A stretch of 64,000 nt of DNA. Source: Mustelus asterias (lineage: Eukaryota). Positions 62,167 to 64,000 of this stretch are shown here, piece by piece (position 1 is the first letter of the stretch; every line of letters begins with the position of its first letter). Where the stretch lies: contig NC_135830.1 of NCBI RefSeq assembly GCF_964213995.1, positions 12,338,001 through 12,402,000 on the forward strand. The letters are read 5' to 3'. The position numbers were made by a program, and so were the translations under genes. A model generated the notes under the pieces. The model worked only from the letters and a program-made list of their open reading frames with translations, made no database searches and was not told the origin of the DNA.

Positions 62167-62931
62167 CAAGTGGTTTTAGTTCTGGATACTACGCTGGAGA
62201 TTTTCAGCTGTGAAGAGGGACGAAATACACTGGGGCTGATTTCGCCTGAGCATTGAATGCTGAGGGCCGACATGATTGAGTGTGCAAAACTTTCAGGGAC
62301 ATGGATTGGCAGATAGGAATAGTCGTTTCCCCATAGCAGAAGGGTGAACAACCAGGCGGCATAGATTTAAGGTATGGAGAAAGAGCTTCAGAGAGGATCA
62401 GAGGGTGATGGCAATCTGGAACCCACTGCCTGAAAGGTTGTTAGAGGCGAGAACACCAACACTAAGAACACTTAAGAACCATTTAGAAGAGAACTTTAAA
62501 TGCCTTGATATCACAGGCAGCCACATTCGCCACACCTCTGAAGAACAGCTCTTTTGTCCATGTGTGAACAAAGGCTGACTGGAGAAGGTTTCTCTTTGTT
62601 GCATAGTTCAGACTTCTCTGAGTAACTGTTAGCTGGTTACTGCGAAGTCAGTGCTTCTTGATACCATGTTTGTTGACCCCTTCTATCACATTCCTGATGA
62701 CCGAGGGCAGACTGGTGGTAATTGTCTTGATTTGATTTGCAGCTTGGCAGGTAATGACAGTGATGCAGTTGGACTGAAACTGCTTGGCTCGGAGCACGGC
62801 AAGTTCAGGAGCACAACGCTTCAGTAAAATTGCTGGAAGATTGCCAGTGCCGGGAGCTTTCGTTGTTTCCAATGTATCCACAAACATCTTTGTCTTCCAA
62901 TCAACGCTGCACTGAAAGTGATTGTCGAATA

Positions 62932-63100
62932 GTGGGCGCCGCGGTGGCTTCGCAGCGCCAGGGACCCGGCTTCAATTCCAGCCTTCGGTAATTGTGCGGC
63001 GTTTGCACGTTCTCCCCGTGTGTGCCTGAGTTTCCTGCGGGTGTTCCAGTTTCCCCCCACAGTGTCCAGGTGTGCATGTTAGGTGGATTGGCGACGTATT
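62932..63100 (+). mobile_element. V-SINE fragment
   Basis: cagcgccagggacccggcttcaattcc...tttgcacgttctccccgtgtgtgc. Confidence 0.7.
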
Positions 63101-63616
63101 TGCTGTAATTGCTTATAAATGATAGATTGACTGTGTGACTATCTGGCAAAGTTTAGACAATGACATGAAATGAGGCAATGGGAAAATAGATGTTTATGGT
63201 CTAATTGCAAATCTCTCTTATGAGCTTTTCTAGTGGTCAGGATTAGGCGCCGTGCCCGGGATTGATTCCCAGTCACGGGGTGAACATTTTTTTGTTTAAC
63301 TCTTCATTAAATCAAATTAGGCCTCACATCGTCTGCGAAGGGAGAAACAAGGGTTAATCTTCAAACTGGGTGAATTGTATCAGACGTGGAAAAGTCAGAG
63401 ATGTAACAATAAGTATAAGCTCAGAAGAAGAATTTAACGGCAGGCACACGGCAAACATTGATCGTTTGAAGTAACTGGCACATGTCAAATTCTGCCCCTT
63501 TCTCGCCACATATTTTAACTCCCTGCTCTCCCGCTCAAACATATCTATTTCTATCTGAAAATGCAGTCTGTTCCACCGATTATTATACATTTATTCCAAC
63601 GGAATTGCAAAGGGTT

Positions 63617-63689
63617 GGCTCCATGGCTCAGTGGTTAGAGCACTGGTCTCGTAAACCAGAGGTCGCGAGTTCGATCCTCGTTGGAGCCT
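63617..63689 (+). tRNA. tRNA-Thr(CGT), apparently intact
   Basis: ggctccatggctcagtggttagagcactggtctcgtaaaccagaggtcgcgagttcgatcctcgttggagcct; acceptor stem is fully paired and a T-run follows. Confidence 0.9.
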
Positions 63690-63734
63690 TATTTTCAACT
63701 TTAGTTTATAGCCGCAAGTTACACTTGGTAATTT

Positions 63735-64000
63735 AAACGCTCGGTCGAATGCGGCCTTGATGTCAAGACCGATCACTCTCAGCTCACCTCGGGAATTCAG
63801 CTCATTTGCCCATGTTTGAACAAAAGCTCAAATGAGGACAGCAGCTGAGTCACCCTGGCGAAACTCAAACTGGGCTTTGCTGAGGAGGCCTGTTGATGAC
63901 CCTGCCATCGTCTAATTTGGCGGTAATTGGCTAGTTGGATTTGCCGTGCCTTTTTTTGTGCAGGACATACCTGGGCAATTTTCCACATTGTTGCGTAGAT
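63735..64000 (-). mobile_element. L2/CR1-group LINE RT fragment
   Basis: WKIAQVCPAQKK...NYR and LDIKAAFDR motifs (ORFs 63797..63988 and 63591..63776); related fragment at 62640-62900. Confidence 0.7.

Overview
Vertebrate genomic DNA, very probably a cartilaginous fish (shark). This is inferred from HER1-type CR1 LINEs, HE1-type V-SINEs, Penelope remnants and a shark-style GPR139-like gene. The left ~25 kb holds seven T-cell-receptor alpha/delta-type V gene segments in mixed orientation, each with a leader and an intact or remnant 23-type RSS. Six are pseudogenes and one (18408-19336) has an open V exon. No D, J or C segments were found. The right ~31 kb is a dispersed tRNA gene/pseudogene cluster built from duplicated cassettes, plus a two-exon GPR139/GPR142-like GPCR pseudogene. 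The rest is mostly CR1, Rex1/Babar and Penelope retroelements, SINEs, two solo LTRs and simple repeats. The most notable observations are: (1) an identical CTCF-like motif exactly 25 bp 3' of the RSS nonamer in V segments of different families, and a divergent CTCF-like pair made by an inverted repeat; (2) a tRNA-Pro(UGG) with a canonical-position 18-nt intron; (3) an intronless leader-V segment that keeps its RSS; (4) a germline deletion across a V coding-end/heptamer border; (5) Penelope-associated minimal hammerhead ribozyme motifs. All alignments and translations were done by eye, and repeat boundaries are approximate.
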